Assembly (NCBI GenBank): GCA_965223795.1
Contig: CBDCXL010000002.1
Location: forward strand, 2,720,001 to 2,784,000
Length of the DNA: 64,000 nucleotides
From: Nitrospinales bacterium
Lineage (GTDB): Bacteria; Nitrospinota; Nitrospinia; Nitrospinales; VA-1
Direction of reading: 5' to 3'
Every line of letters begins with the position of its first letter. The stretch's first letter is position 1. Of the stretch, positions 1 through 12,490 are shown one piece after another. Both the position numbers and the translations under genes were made by a program. Under the pieces are notes generated by a model. The model had not been told where the DNA came from and ran no database searches. It saw only the letters and a list, made by a program, of their open reading frames with translations.

Positions 1-906
1 CGCGTGCTGCAGCATGTGGTTCACCGAATGCAGCTGGTTGATCGGCGTGTAAAACAAAGCCAGATAGCCGATGAACGCCACCAGCGACCCGACGGTGATG
101 GCGTCGGCGCGCACGAGTCCGATGCCGTAAAACAGAATGAACACCGTGCCCAGGGATCCAAGAAACATCATGGTCGGCGAGTAGATCGCCCACAGGCGCA
201 TGACCTTGAGGGTGCCGTTGCAGTAGTCCTGGCTGGTGCCGTCGAAGCGCTTCACCTCGTGCGGCTGGCGGTTGAAGGACAGGGTCTCGCGCACGCCGGA
301 GATGGAATCCTGCAACATGGCGTTCATCTTTGCGGCGCGCTGGCGCACCATGTGGTAGAGGCTGTGCGCCTTGACGGTGTACTTGCACGCGCCCCAGATG
401 AGAAACGGGATCGGCAGCAGCGAAACCAGCGCGAGCTTCCAGTGCAGGTAAAAGAGAATCGCGGTGATGCCGATGAGCGTGAGCACGGCGGTGACCACCT
501 GCTCGACGCCGTCGATGAAGATGCGCTCGACGTAGTTCACGTCGTCGTTGACGCGGCTCATCAGCTCGCCGGTGGAGCGGTTCTCGAAATAGCGCATCGA
601 GAGCCGCTGCAGCGCCCGGTACACCTCAGAGCGCATGTCGAACACCACTTTCTGCTCGACCTTGTTGTTGACCATGATGCGCAGATGGTTGGAATAATTG
701 CGCGCGAAGTAAACGAAAAGCAGACCGCCGCTGGCCCAGTAGACCCAGTCGGTGCCGCTGTCCGCCACCAGCTCGTCGATGATGACCTTGATCAGCCAGG
801 GCGGCACCAGATCGAGCAGCGTCGTCAGGATGGCGAAAAACAGGGTCAGCGTGACATAGCGCCGGTACGGCTTCAGATAACTTAAGACTCGGCTCAGCGA
901 TTTCAT
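1..906 (-). CDS. ABC exporter, fused permease/ATP-binding type (MsbA/MdlA-like), N-terminal membrane domain only; runs off the window edge
   Basis: Not in the ORF track. Manual minus-strand translation from ATG at 906 gives MKSLSRVLSYLKPYRRYVTLTLFFAILTTLLDLVPPWLIK...YFENRSTGELMSRVNDDV...ITVGSLVAFIGY, a typical ABC transmembrane type-1 sequence that stays open to position 1. Confidence 0.9.
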   Translation of the reverse strand, partial: MKSLSRVLSYLKPYRRYVTLTLFFAILTTLLDLVPPWLIKVIIDELVADSGTDWVYWASGGLLFVYFARNYSNHLRIMVNNKVEQKVVFDMRSEVYRALQRLSMRYFENRSTGELMSRVNDDVNYVERIFIDGVEQVVTAVLTLIGITAILFYLHWKLALVSLLPIPFLIWGACKYTVKAHSLYHMVRQRAAKMNAMLQDSISGVRETLSFNRQPHEVKRFDGTSQDYCNGTLKVMRLWAIYSPTMMFLGSLGTVFILFYGIGLVRADAITVGSLVAFIGYLALFYTPINQLHSVNHMLQHA

Positions 907-1160
907 GCGTTGTTTTTATAGAGGGAATGCCGTGAATCGGAAACGAGGTCAAACCGGAGGGATTGAGTCACAACTCAAATCAGCCGCGGCGCGCGGCAAA
1001 GGAAATACCCGGTTGGCGGCGGAGGCGTCCGCCTTCTCGATTTTCTCTGCAAACGGTGCTTTTATCATGGTATTTTGCGGGCTGGCGGAAGTCAAGCCCG
1101 GCGGCGCGTTTTCGCCGCGGGGAGCCATGCAACGGGAAAACAGCCATTTGAGGAAGGGAT

Positions 1161-2120
1161 ATGAAATACCGAAAACTCGGCGGCAGCGACCTGGAGGTTT
1201 CCGTGATCGGATTCGGGGCCTGGGGCATCGGCGGCGCGCCGTTCTGGGACAACGAAGGCGATGAAAACAGCGCCCGGTCGATTCTCAAGGCCTACGATCG
1301 GGGCATCAATTTTTTCGACACGGCGCCGGTGTACGGGTTCGGCCATTCCGAGACGCTGCTCGGCAAGACGCTGAAGCCGGTGCGCGACAAGGTCATTCTG
1401 GCCACGAAATGCGGGCTGGTCTGGGAGAAGGAGCAGCTCGGCGCGATTTCAAAAAACGCCAAAAAGGATTCCATCCTGAAAGAGATCGACCAGAGCCTGA
1501 AACGGCTGGACACGGACGTGATCGACCTCTACCAGGTGCATTGGCCGGACGAGAGCACTCCGGCGGAGGAAACGATGGAGGCGCTGCTCAAAATCCAACA
1601 GCAGGGCAAGATCCGCCATATCGGCGTGAGCAATTATTCGCCCCAGCAGATGGCGGACTGCCTGAAATACGGACCGATCGTGTCTTTGCAGCCGGAATAC
1701 AGCCTGCTCAACCGCTCCATCGAAAAGGAAACGATGCCGTTCTGCCGCAAGCACAACATCGGCATCATTGCCTACAGCCCGCTCGCCTCAGGCGTGCTGA
1801 CCGGAAAATACGACAAGGACACCAAGTTCACCGACTGGCGCAGCAAGGGAATCATAGGAACCTTTACCGGCAAGGGCTATGTGCGCAACATCGAAAAGGT
1901 GGATCAGCTCAAATCCGTGGCTCAGGGTGCGGACATGACGTGCGCGCAGTTGGCGGTGAACTGGGTGCTCAGGCAGCCGGGGCTCACCACGGCGCTGGTG
2001 GGTGTGAAGAACGAAAAGCAGGTCGAGGAAAACTTGCCCGCCGTCGGCTGGACGCCGAGCCTGCATCAGGTCGAAGAGATCGAGGCCATCTTCACGACGG
2101 GCAAATCCGGTTGGGGTTGA
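1161..2120 (+). CDS. Aldo/keto reductase
   Basis: GFGAW, GINFFDTAPVYG, IDLYQVHWPD, GKIRHIGVSN and AYSPLASG motifs; purine-rich RBS upstream. Confidence 0.95.
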   Translation: MKYRKLGGSDLEVSVIGFGAWGIGGAPFWDNEGDENSARSILKAYDRGINFFDTAPVYGFGHSETLLGKTLKPVRDKVILATKCGLVWEKEQLGAISKNAKKDSILKEIDQSLKRLDTDVIDLYQVHWPDESTPAEETMEALLKIQQQGKIRHIGVSNYSPQQMADCLKYGPIVSLQPEYSLLNRSIEKETMPFCRKHNIGIIAYSPLASGVLTGKYDKDTKFTDWRSKGIIGTFTGKGYVRNIEKVDQLKSVAQGADMTCAQLAVNWVLRQPGLTTALVGVKNEKQVEENLPAVGWTPSLHQVEEIEAIFTTGKSGWG

Positions 2121-2225
2121 TGGAACCCGCCCAGGGTGGACTGCCTGGCAGCGCCACCCTGGGTGAGTCCGTACGATTCCACTATTTGTTTGCTGTGTCC
2201 ATCGACTGCGGACCTGCTGTTACCG

Positions 2226-3560
<1,335 letters not shown>

Positions 3561-3991
3561 AATGAATTCCTTTAAAAATGCTGGATAAAAGCAGGCAAGC
3601 GGGTCCGGCCTGTTGAAAAGGCGCAAAGACGCAACTTAAGCCCAGAGTTTGAGATTGATTGGGTATTTATTGAGAATAAAGAGGGAAGGGATACAGAAAC
3701 GCGCGAAGGAAGGAATCCGGGAGTTTCAGAACCAGAACGGCGAGCCTTCAAGCTCACCACCACCAATTCTCCAGTAAAATCAATCAACTATACTGAAAGC
3801 AGTCTACCTCAAAGCGGCCGGGGAAGCCAGAAAAATCGGTAATTCAAGGGGAAAACGGCATTTGAGGGCCTGAAACGGCCTGTCGGGGCAGCGTCCTCCA
3901 ACCCAAACCTGGGTTGCAGGTGAACGGTTCAAACTGCGGCCCAATATAAAAATGCGCCCGGATGAGGGTTTCCGGTACGGTCCTTCTACGT

Positions 3992-4561
3992 TCAATCCAC
4001 CTCGTTCTGGGCGATCACGTCGGCGGATTGGGAGTTCTTGGCGCTGGCGGCGGCCTGTCCTTCGTAGGCGGATTGCAGGGCGCGCGAGTGTTTCAAGACG
4101 TCGTTGATCAGCGCCGCGGTCTTCGCGTCTTTCGGATTCAGCCGCGAGATGGCGCTGTTCATGCGGTCCAGCGCCCCGTGCGCGTCGTCCACCGAGATAT
4201 CATCGATGCGCCGGCCCATGTTGTCCAGGCGGCCGTGCAGGTTCTTCTCCATCGCCACCATCTCCTGGTTCATGCGCGACTGCAACTGGTTCATGTGGGT
4301 TTCCACGCTTTCCGTCTGCGCGCGCTGCAGGGCGGAGTTGGTGTAGTAGGAGCCCAGCACCAGCACGATGAGGCCGGTGTACACGAGGATCTTGAGCGTG
4401 GTGTTTTCACTTTTGCGCTTTTGCAGACTGGTTTTCAGCGATTCGATTTCCGAGGAGAAGGTTTCCAGCGTTTTTGTCAGATTCACGATCCGCTCTTCCA
4501 GCATGGCTGCCGGTTCGCCGGAGGAGGCGCCCGCCTCGCTTTCCTTGATGTCTTTTCCCAT
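3992..4561 (-). CDS. Hypothetical single-TM coiled-coil protein
   Basis: One hydrophobic segment (ILVYTGLIVLVLGSYY) flanked by heptad-like helices; GAGGTGAG RBS before ATG at 4561. Confidence 0.7.
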   Translation of the reverse strand: MGKDIKESEAGASSGEPAAMLEERIVNLTKTLETFSSEIESLKTSLQKRKSENTTLKILVYTGLIVLVLGSYYTNSALQRAQTESVETHMNQLQSRMNQEMVAMEKNLHGRLDNMGRRIDDISVDDAHGALDRMNSAISRLNPKDAKTAALINDVLKHSRALQSAYEGQAAASAKNSQSADVIAQNEVD

Positions 4562-4626
4562 GAATCTCACCTCGCAGATTGTGTCGTTGGCCGATTGCGG
4601 CGATCTGTATTCTTATAAGGGCGGGA

Positions 4627-5412
4627 TCAGAGATCCAGGCCCACCGATCTGAAATAGGTTGCGATAAGGCCGTCGCCCCAGAAGATGGCGATCGCCGTCC
4701 CCGCGGCGAGGAACGGACCGAAGGGGATGAGGCTTTTGCGGCCTTTTTTCTTCACCGCCATCAGCGCCAGGCCGATCACCGAACCCAGCATGGCGCCGGC
4801 GAAGATGACGAGCAGCACTTTCTGCCAGCCGAGCAGCGCGCCCGCCGCGGCGATGAACTTGATGTCGCCGCCGCCCATGCCGCCGCGGCTGAGGACAGCC
4901 AATAAATAAAACAGCCCGCCTCCCAGAAGGAAGCCGAACAGCGAATCCCAGACGCCGTTGAGATAGGTCCCGGCGGCGAACCCCAGCACGATCCCCGGCA
5001 GGGTGATTTTGTCGGGGATGATCTGGTGCTGGATGTCGATGACGGTGATGATGACGAGCGTGAAGCAGACCACGCCGTAAATCAGGGCTTCCAGGGTGAA
5101 GCCGAATTTCAGGTACACCGCCGTGAGCAAAAGTGCGGTGACCAGCTCGATCGCGGGATAAATGATGGATATCGGTTCGCCGCACTGGCGGCATTTCCCG
5201 CCCAGAAACGCGTAGCTCAGCACCGGGATGTTGTCGATCGCCCGGATGGGCGTGTTGCAGGCGGTGCAGTGCGACGCGGGCAGGACGACGGATTCCTTGC
5301 GCGGCATCCGGTAGATGCAGACGTTGGAGAAGCTGCCCAGAATCAAACCGAACATGAATACGATGGCCATGTCCACAGGATAAGGGATGGATGCGGGAAA
5401 TTCCACCGTCAA
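4627..5412 (-). CDS. pilD: Prepilin peptidase / N-methyltransferase (A24 family)
   Basis: GSFSNVCIYRMP, two CxxC pairs, MGGGDIK and IPFGPFLA. Confidence 0.93.
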   Translation of the reverse strand: MTVEFPASIPYPVDMAIVFMFGLILGSFSNVCIYRMPRKESVVLPASHCTACNTPIRAIDNIPVLSYAFLGGKCRQCGEPISIIYPAIELVTALLLTAVYLKFGFTLEALIYGVVCFTLVIITVIDIQHQIIPDKITLPGIVLGFAAGTYLNGVWDSLFGFLLGGGLFYLLAVLSRGGMGGGDIKFIAAAGALLGWQKVLLVIFAGAMLGSVIGLALMAVKKKGRKSLIPFGPFLAAGTAIAIFWGDGLIATYFRSVGLDL

Positions 5413-5446
5413 TCCTTGTATCTATTTGATTTATTTGAATTTTTCT

Positions 5447-5974
5447 TCAAATTCCGTTGAAATCCCGCAGGTTTCGGTTGGATCCGCTCATCCCGTCCTC
5501 ACCGCCCGGTACGGTTTCCCGGAGGACGGCATAAACCGTGTGGGTGTCGAAGCCTTTGCCGTAGAGGTGCTGCGCCAGCCTGCGCCGCTGAATTTCATGG
5601 CCGAGGCCCCGCATCGTGGTGAGTTTTTTGTCGGCGCATTGCCGGGCCAGGGCGGTTTCATCCATTTCGGCAAACAGGGCGTTCACGGTGTCTTCGATGA
5701 TCCCGGCATCGAGCTGTTTTTGATACAACTCCTGGCGCAGCCTGCGCGCCCCGATCTTGCGCGCGTTGATACGGGAGCGGCCCCAGTTGAGCGCGAAGCG
5801 GGCGTCGTCGATGTGGTTGCAATCCTTCAAGCGTGCGAGGGCTCCCTCAACGGCGGCTTCGGAAAATCCTTTCACACGCAGCTTGTCCTTGAGCTGCGCC
5901 TCGCTCAGGTCGCGGCGGGACAGAATTTTCATCGCCTGGGAGTGGGCCCGCTTCACTTCCTCTATGTCGGGCAT
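5447..5974 (-). CDS. recX: Regulatory protein RecX
   Basis: LSRRDLSEAQL, IDDARFA, G..RLRQEL..K and L..KGF motifs; lies directly downstream of recA. Confidence 0.88.
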   Translation of the reverse strand: MPDIEEVKRAHSQAMKILSRRDLSEAQLKDKLRVKGFSEAAVEGALARLKDCNHIDDARFALNWGRSRINARKIGARRLRQELYQKQLDAGIIEDTVNALFAEMDETALARQCADKKLTTMRGLGHEIQRRRLAQHLYGKGFDTHTVYAVLRETVPGGEDGMSGSNRNLRDFNGI

Positions 5975-6069
5975 GCGGCCGGTCCGTGTTCACGCATGGA
6001 GTTGTTTTTGGTCGACGGTGCAACGTGTACCCGCGCCGTCCGGCATTCCATCTTTCGTTTTGCCGGGCT

Positions 6070-7170
<1,101 letters not shown>

Positions 7171-7207
7171 TCGGCCTCCTTCTGGTTGGTGTGTGCGCTG
7201 GTTGTGT

Positions 7208-7795
7208 TTACGGGTTGTGCATTGTCGGGCCCGCCAAGGGAAATTCCTTGAGCGGTGTGTAGACGGCCCCCTTTGGGGTCAACTCGCTTTGATACAGCTT
7301 TATGCGATCGGCGCGGAACGGGGCGGTGTCCACGGCCGGGCCGGTTTTGAGTTTCTGCTTCAGCTTCCGGTTGTCCCTTGAGGATTTGAACCGTGCCAGG
7401 GTGAGATGGGGGATTGCCTGTTTCTTCTCTCCGGCAAACCCCAGGGAACGCAAGCGGGCGTCGATCGCTTTCATAAGGGAAACCAGGATGCCCTGAGTGT
7501 CTTCAACGCCCAGCCACAGAACCCGGGGCCGGTTCGGATTGGGGAACACACCGGGCGGACCCAAAGACAGGAGCGGAGGCGCGAACAGCGGGGTGATTTC
7601 CTGCATCTCAGATTCAATTTCCGGGATGGTCTGGGGGCGGGTGTTTCCCAAGAATTTAAGGGTCAAATGAAAATTCACCGGTTCGACCCACCGTGCGTCC
7701 AGGTTCAGGGTTTTGAAGCTGTTCTGGACCTCTGCAATCGTTTCCCGGGTGCCGTTCGGAATATCAATAGCGAGAAATAACCTCAGAGCGTCCAC
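7208..7795 (-). CDS. thpR: RNA 2',3'-cyclic phosphodiesterase (2H phosphoesterase)
   Basis: [14 protein letters not shown] and PHLTLAR (two HxT motifs); sits in its usual position upstream of recA. Confidence 0.92.
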   Translation of the reverse strand: MDALRLFLAIDIPNGTRETIAEVQNSFKTLNLDARWVEPVNFHLTLKFLGNTRPQTIPEIESEMQEITPLFAPPLLSLGPPGVFPNPNRPRVLWLGVEDTQGILVSLMKAIDARLRSLGFAGEKKQAIPHLTLARFKSSRDNRKLKQKLKTGPAVDTAPFRADRIKLYQSELTPKGAVYTPLKEFPLAGPTMHNP

Positions 7796-8146
7796 AGTCT
7801 ATCAAGGCCTCCGAAACGTTGTCAAACGCAATCCCTTGGTATCAGTATTCCCGTGTTTTGCAACAAAATTATCGACATCGAGTTTTGAGCGGCGTGCGGT
7901 ATTTCAAAGATCGCGCGGCGATGCACGTGGATGACTCACTCCATTTGCCTGCGGTTGTGAAACCGGCAACCCCCCGGTTCGCCTGTTTAGACGCAATCCG
8001 CTTTTTCGCGCGGCGTGGCAGAAAATTCGTTCGGCGCACGGAATTCCAATGATTATATGGTTTTCGGAATTTGAAACTGTGATAGGATCGATGCATGCAC
8101 ATCCAACAATCAGCAGGAGAAAAGTGATTTTCTCCAGGAGGTCAGA

Positions 8147-8359
8147 ATGGAGTTTTTGAAGAAAGCGGCGGTCGTTCTCATTCTTTCACTGTTCGTTGCG
8201 GCGTTCGTGGGCTGCAAGGAAAAAGGCCCCGCCGAGAAAGCCGGTGAAAAGATCGACGAGACCATGAAGAAGGCCGGCAGTGAACTGGACAAGGCCGGTG
8301 AAAAAATAGGCGAGACCGTGGAAGAAGCCGGAGACAAAGCCAAAGAGGCGATGGAATAA
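8147..8359 (+). CDS. Small Lys/Glu-rich lipoprotein
   Basis: AGGAGG RBS, lipobox FVGC, then repeated KAGEKI units. Confidence 0.85.
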   Translation: MEFLKKAAVVLILSLFVAAFVGCKEKGPAEKAGEKIDETMKKAGSELDKAGEKIGETVEEAGDKAKEAME

Positions 8360-8383
8360 TCTTTTCGGTCTCCACATTCCAGA

Positions 8384-8430
8384 CCGCTCCGTTCCGGTGT
8401 CCCGCACAGGGGCGGGGCGGGTTTTTTTTT
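8384..8430 (+). terminator. Rho-independent terminator
   Basis: CCGCTCCGTTCC pairs with GGGGCGGGGCGG (with G-U pairs) and is followed by T9, about 25 nt after the lipoprotein stop. Confidence 0.8.
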
Positions 8431-8637
8431 GCCCCCAGAACGCTCGCACCCGCTGTCTTTTGTGATTTTATGTCTTGCTGCGCCTTGCCGCCGGAGCAAA
8501 CCTGTTGTTCCGGTCCTTCCTGAATGCGGCCGCTGCGTTATTCCTCATTAAAACCCCTGAATGCCGCTTTTTTTGCCCGGTTGTGAGAAAAAAACCACCT
8601 CCCTGTAATTCGGAAGACTCCCATTTTCTTCCGCATT

Positions 8638-8646
8638 TGGTATAAT
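8638..8646 (+). promoter_or_regulatory. Extended -10 promoter element (TGgTATAAT)
   Basis: Consensus TGnTATAAT about 50 nt upstream of the ATG at 8697. Confidence 0.6.
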
Positions 8647-8696
8647 TGATTTAAGTATGTGATTTTAAATAAGTTACTAACGGGGAGGCTGGCGCG

Positions 8697-9608
8697 ATGC
8701 GGGATGTTTGCACCCGAAACCGGTGGCGAAGGGTCTTTATCATTGTCTCAGCGCTTGCGCTTTTAGGCTGCGGAGCGCCCAAGGCCGAGGTGGACACGGC
8801 GATGAAGTTCCGGTCGGGTATGGACAAGCTCAAACCCGAAAAGGTGGTGGAGCTTGAAACGGTCCCCGTCGATTTCACCGACGACAATCAGGAGCGGGGG
8901 GATTTTGACCGCGACGATCTTGAGGCGCGTTTTGAAGACGCCCCCCGAACCACGGTGTTCAAGGGATCGTTTTTCGTCATGAACAACGACCAGCTCGACG
9001 ACGTGGATGAAAAAAAGGAGGCCATGGCGTGGGCAATGCACGGGAACTGGTGCGGCCAGAACCGGCCTTTGGGGGGCAGCACGCCGGAGACGGTGGACGA
9101 TCTGGATCTGGTGTGCAAGGCCCATAAAATCTGCCTGCGCAAAAGCTGGGACAGAAACTGCAACTGCGACGACCGCCTGCTGCAGCACCTGCAAGCGCTG
9201 GACTCGATCGAGCCGGAAACCAGGGCGAACATGATCGAGTATTACAGCCATTCACGCTGTGTGTTCAAATGCCGGTATCTGGTGAAATGGAAGGACGGCT
9301 ACCTGTTCCATAAAGGGGACGGCCGGGTTCCGGACAACATCAAGGAGCAGTTCGGCGGGCTCTCCTGGAGCGTGTCCAAGCTGGGCGGTTCCGGCGCGGA
9401 AAAATACATGAGCCTGTCACGCGATTTCAACAATTTCGTCTGCATCGAGGACAAAAAGGTGCTGGATGATTTTCTGCAGTGCGCGCGCAACCGGCCCGGC
9501 TCGCTGTACCGCCTTGCGTGTCTCAAAGACAGCTACATCAAAAAAGGCATCGTGATGGATGTGGACCTCGACGCGGAAGCGGTGCGGGACACGCACATCG
9601 CCCGGTGA
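8697..9608 (+). CDS. Cys-rich lipoprotein with a secretory phospholipase A2-like domain
   Basis: Lipobox LLGC; HGNWCG...DDLDLVCKAHKIC...CNCDDRLL resembles the sPLA2 Ca-loop and catalytic-helix pattern. Confidence 0.65.
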   Translation: MRDVCTRNRWRRVFIIVSALALLGCGAPKAEVDTAMKFRSGMDKLKPEKVVELETVPVDFTDDNQERGDFDRDDLEARFEDAPRTTVFKGSFFVMNNDQLDDVDEKKEAMAWAMHGNWCGQNRPLGGSTPETVDDLDLVCKAHKICLRKSWDRNCNCDDRLLQHLQALDSIEPETRANMIEYYSHSRCVFKCRYLVKWKDGYLFHKGDGRVPDNIKEQFGGLSWSVSKLGGSGAEKYMSLSRDFNNFVCIEDKKVLDDFLQCARNRPGSLYRLACLKDSYIKKGIVMDVDLDAEAVRDTHIAR

Positions 9609-9729
9609 CGTTTCTCCATGACGGCACACGGTTGTTAAAGCGACGGTCGAGGGTTCCGCAGTTGCAGAGCCCTGCCTGGAAAAATCAGCTGACAACAGTT
9701 CCGGCCGGTTTGAATTCCGGCTGCGGCGG

Positions 9730-10023
9730 TTAAAACCTGCGGGTGCGAACGGTTCCGGCCAGTTCGTCGTACCCGATCGCGGGTTCCGCATCCGGTTTTT
9801 CGAAATGCTGGTCGCGGTGGTTGTCGAACCAGCCGAGGATGCCGTTCATCTTCGCTTTGAGTTTCTGCGGCAACGGTTCCACCTGCTTTCTGTGATACTC
9901 CCGCAGCATCATCTCCTTGATCACTTCCTTGCATTCCTCCGGAGAGATTTCGTCCGCTTCCAGTTTCTGTTCCAGAAAATTCACCAGTTTCGGATTGAGC
10001 AACTTTCGCAAATTCCTCTGCAC
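9730..10023 (-). CDS. Hypothetical protein
   Basis: AGGAGGT RBS before GTG; charged helical composition and host-like codon use. Confidence 0.7.
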   Translation of the reverse strand: MQRNLRKLLNPKLVNFLEQKLEADEISPEECKEVIKEMMLREYHRKQVEPLPQKLKAKMNGILGWFDNHRDQHFEKPDAEPAIGYDELAGTVRTRRF

Positions 10024-10225
10024 TTAGGACCTCCTGACCCGTGCGGGTCTCTTGGATGGGGATGGCTTCATAATACGCCTGTTTTCAATGAAAAACCCTG
10101 AAAAAAACTTGAGCAATTGCCATGCCAGGCTTAAAATGTTCATATTAAAGGAGTTATGTCTCAGATGAGCGTCAAAAAACGGGCATCGGCAGGATAATTG
10201 GCGCTTAATTTTCAAATACTTGTAG

Positions 10226-10924
10226 GTGAGGCCGGCGATGTTGAAAGAAAGTCCGTTCAGGCGAATGATTGGAGGCGGCGCTGCGGTCCTGGTGTTTTTG
10301 CTGGCGGGCGTTTTTTTCACCTATGCGGAAGCGGGGCAGGGGATGACCGACGCGGCGCAGCGCCGGTCTTTGCTGTTCGAAAAGAAAATGCTCCCCATCG
10401 AAGCGGAATCGTTTCCCGCCACCTCTTCGTACCCGGATGAAGAAGAAGCACCGCGCGCCGTTCCCCGGAAGACGGAGACCGCAACGCACGACCCGGTGGC
10501 GGTGACCGACAAGCCGCTGGTGCTGGGCGGCCGCGGGCTCGCCGTCGATCATTTTCAACACGCCGCCGAAGCGGAGCGTCTGCCCGATTTTCTAAAAAGG
10601 CTGGAGAATCCCTTTCCCTATCCGCCTCCGGCCTTGCCAGCCGCGAAGCTCGACCCGCATCTGACCGACGTTAAAAGCACAAAGCATCTGGTGTTCCGGA
10701 TCTTGCGGCCGGCGCTGGGCCGGATTCCTGACGTGGACCCGGACCGCGACGCGCGCGTTGCGATCGAGCGCAGGGCCGATCTCGATGCGATCGAAGAAAC
10801 CCACCTGGACTATTTCAATCAGGAGCAAACCGAAATCCAACTGCTGCCCGCGGCCAGGCAAATGGACATTCTGATCGGCAACGAAAACGTCAACCGGGAG
10901 GATTTTAATATCGGGGTGTGGTGA
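10226..10924 (+). CDS. Hypothetical exported protein
   Basis: N-terminal hydrophobic segment ending AEA; Pro-rich body; exact start uncertain. Confidence 0.6.
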   Translation: MRPAMLKESPFRRMIGGGAAVLVFLLAGVFFTYAEAGQGMTDAAQRRSLLFEKKMLPIEAESFPATSSYPDEEEAPRAVPRKTETATHDPVAVTDKPLVLGGRGLAVDHFQHAAEAERLPDFLKRLENPFPYPPPALPAAKLDPHLTDVKSTKHLVFRILRPALGRIPDVDPDRDARVAIERRADLDAIEETHLDYFNQEQTEIQLLPAARQMDILIGNENVNREDFNIGVW

Positions 10925-10988
10925 TGGATCTCTGTTGCAGGGTATTCAAGCAAGGAAAACAGAACCGTTTTTTGCGTGGAGGCAGTTT

Positions 10989-11864
10989 TTATTCCGCGGG
11001 GGTGATGACACTTCGCTTTGTTGAGGAGGTTTTCCGGGGTGAGCGCAGCAGCAGGGCGCCGATGAAGATAAACGCGACGGGCAGGATGAACTTCACGACT
11101 TCCGCGATGCTCTCCAGCAGCTTCAGCGCCTCGGCTTTCCAGACGGAGTGGGCGCCCGGCGGATAGGTCATGTAGGTATTGTTCTCGCGGCTGGCGATCA
11201 TTTTCACGAACTTGGCGCCGTACTCGCCGATGCCTTCCCGCGTGTAGGCCTGCATCGCCAGCGCTTCCTGTTTCGCGGCTTCCTCGACGCTCAGCACATC
11301 CCCTGTGTCGTCCGTCAACACCACTTCCATGTCCGGGTCGTAGAGATGCCAGTCTCCGTCGTACCAGGCCTCCATCACGACGTGGCCGTACAGTCCGACG
11401 TGGCGGGCGGTGATTCCCGACTTCAGCGCCAGATGAACGAGCACCAGCGACACGCCGCCGCACATGGTGGAATGCCCGTTCTTCAATAAGAGTTCCGGGT
11501 CGAAAATGGCGGAAAAGTTTTTATGAATCTTGCTCATGCCCCACAGGATCCAGTTGCTGAACAGGTTGTGATCGTCCTGGTTGCCGTGAGTGAACCGCGC
11601 GGCTGCGGTTTCATAGAGCACCTGCATTTTTTCTTTCGGCGGCAGGGCGTCGAAGGGTTTCGCCGAACGGGCTTTGGCGGCCTCAAGCAGGGAGTCCAGT
11701 CCGGGTGTGCTTTGAGCCAGCTCCAGATCGAACAGCTCAAAGCCGCGCGGCGGGTGGTTCACGTATTTGCCTTTGCCGAACCAGTGGCCGAGGATCGTGA
11801 TCAGCAGCAACACGCTGCCTGAGATCAGGAACCCCCAGCCGGTCCTTTTTTGCGACGCTTTCAT
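10989..11864 (-). CDS. Membrane-anchored transglutaminase-like protein
   Basis: N- and C-terminal TM segments; putative triad TMCGG / GHVVMEAW / LYDPD. Start placed at MKASQ; the ORF is open to 11990. Confidence 0.65.
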   Translation of the reverse strand: MKASQKRTGWGFLISGSVLLLITILGHWFGKGKYVNHPPRGFELFDLELAQSTPGLDSLLEAAKARSAKPFDALPPKEKMQVLYETAAARFTHGNQDDHNLFSNWILWGMSKIHKNFSAIFDPELLLKNGHSTMCGGVSLVLVHLALKSGITARHVGLYGHVVMEAWYDGDWHLYDPDMEVVLTDDTGDVLSVEEAAKQEALAMQAYTREGIGEYGAKFVKMIASRENNTYMTYPPGAHSVWKAEALKLLESIAEVVKFILPVAFIFIGALLLRSPRKTSSTKRSVITPAE

Positions 11865-12176
11865 GCCAAGCTTTCTGCGCGGCCGCATTGAATGGATTCT
11901 CTTGAAAAAACCGTTCCCGGATCCCGTGATCCGTGGCTTTTTCTGGAGCGATGCGGCCGGTATTTTTTTAAAGGATCTTTGACTGTACAAGAATCATATG
12001 AGAATTCAAGGGGAATCCCGGGCGCCGGTGCGGGTGTTCTTTATCGCATTGAATGCAGGGAAGCTGGCGGGAGGGCGCGGCTGTATTTTTTATCCCGTGT
12101 CCGGAGGTTTGGGCTGCGTTGCCAATGACGCGGCTGGATCGCGATCGAGTGCGCATAGCCGATTGTTTTTATTCGA

Positions 12177-12410
12177 TCAATCGGAAGGAGAGGATGCGGG
12201 AGAGGCGGATGATTTTTGCTCCAGCGGAGCGGGGGGAGGTGTTCCGGCGGGCGATTTATCCTGGCTGGTGCTGTACCAGAAATAAAAGATCCAGAACCCC
12301 AGGACGAAAGCCAGCAGCAGCACTTTTCGCAGCCCGCTGATCGGGTAGCGGCCGGTGGGTTCGGATTCGGGATCGTGGACCGGTTCGGATTCCGGCGGCG
12401 GCTGCGCCAT
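12177..12410 (-). CDS. Small single-TM hypothetical protein
   Basis: GGAG RBS; TM segment VLLLAFVLGFWIFYFWY with Pro-rich ends. Confidence 0.6.
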   Translation of the reverse strand: MAQPPPESEPVHDPESEPTGRYPISGLRKVLLLAFVLGFWIFYFWYSTSQDKSPAGTPPPAPLEQKSSASPASSPSD

Positions 12411-12490
12411 GAAAGTCTCCGTTCGATGCGCTCTGCCGCATCATACAAAGGAGCTGCATTGAGGGCAAGCCCCTTGCGTCGCGAAAAGGG

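Noticed and set aside
4..885. 293-aa plus-strand ORF
   Set aside because: Antisense shadow of the minus-strand ABC exporter, which has clear family motifs.
7171..8146. LexA/SOS box upstream of thpR-recA, and the small ORFs in 7800-8110
   Set aside because: No recognisable LexA palindrome of the types I know; the small ORFs lack an RBS, motifs or host-like codon use.
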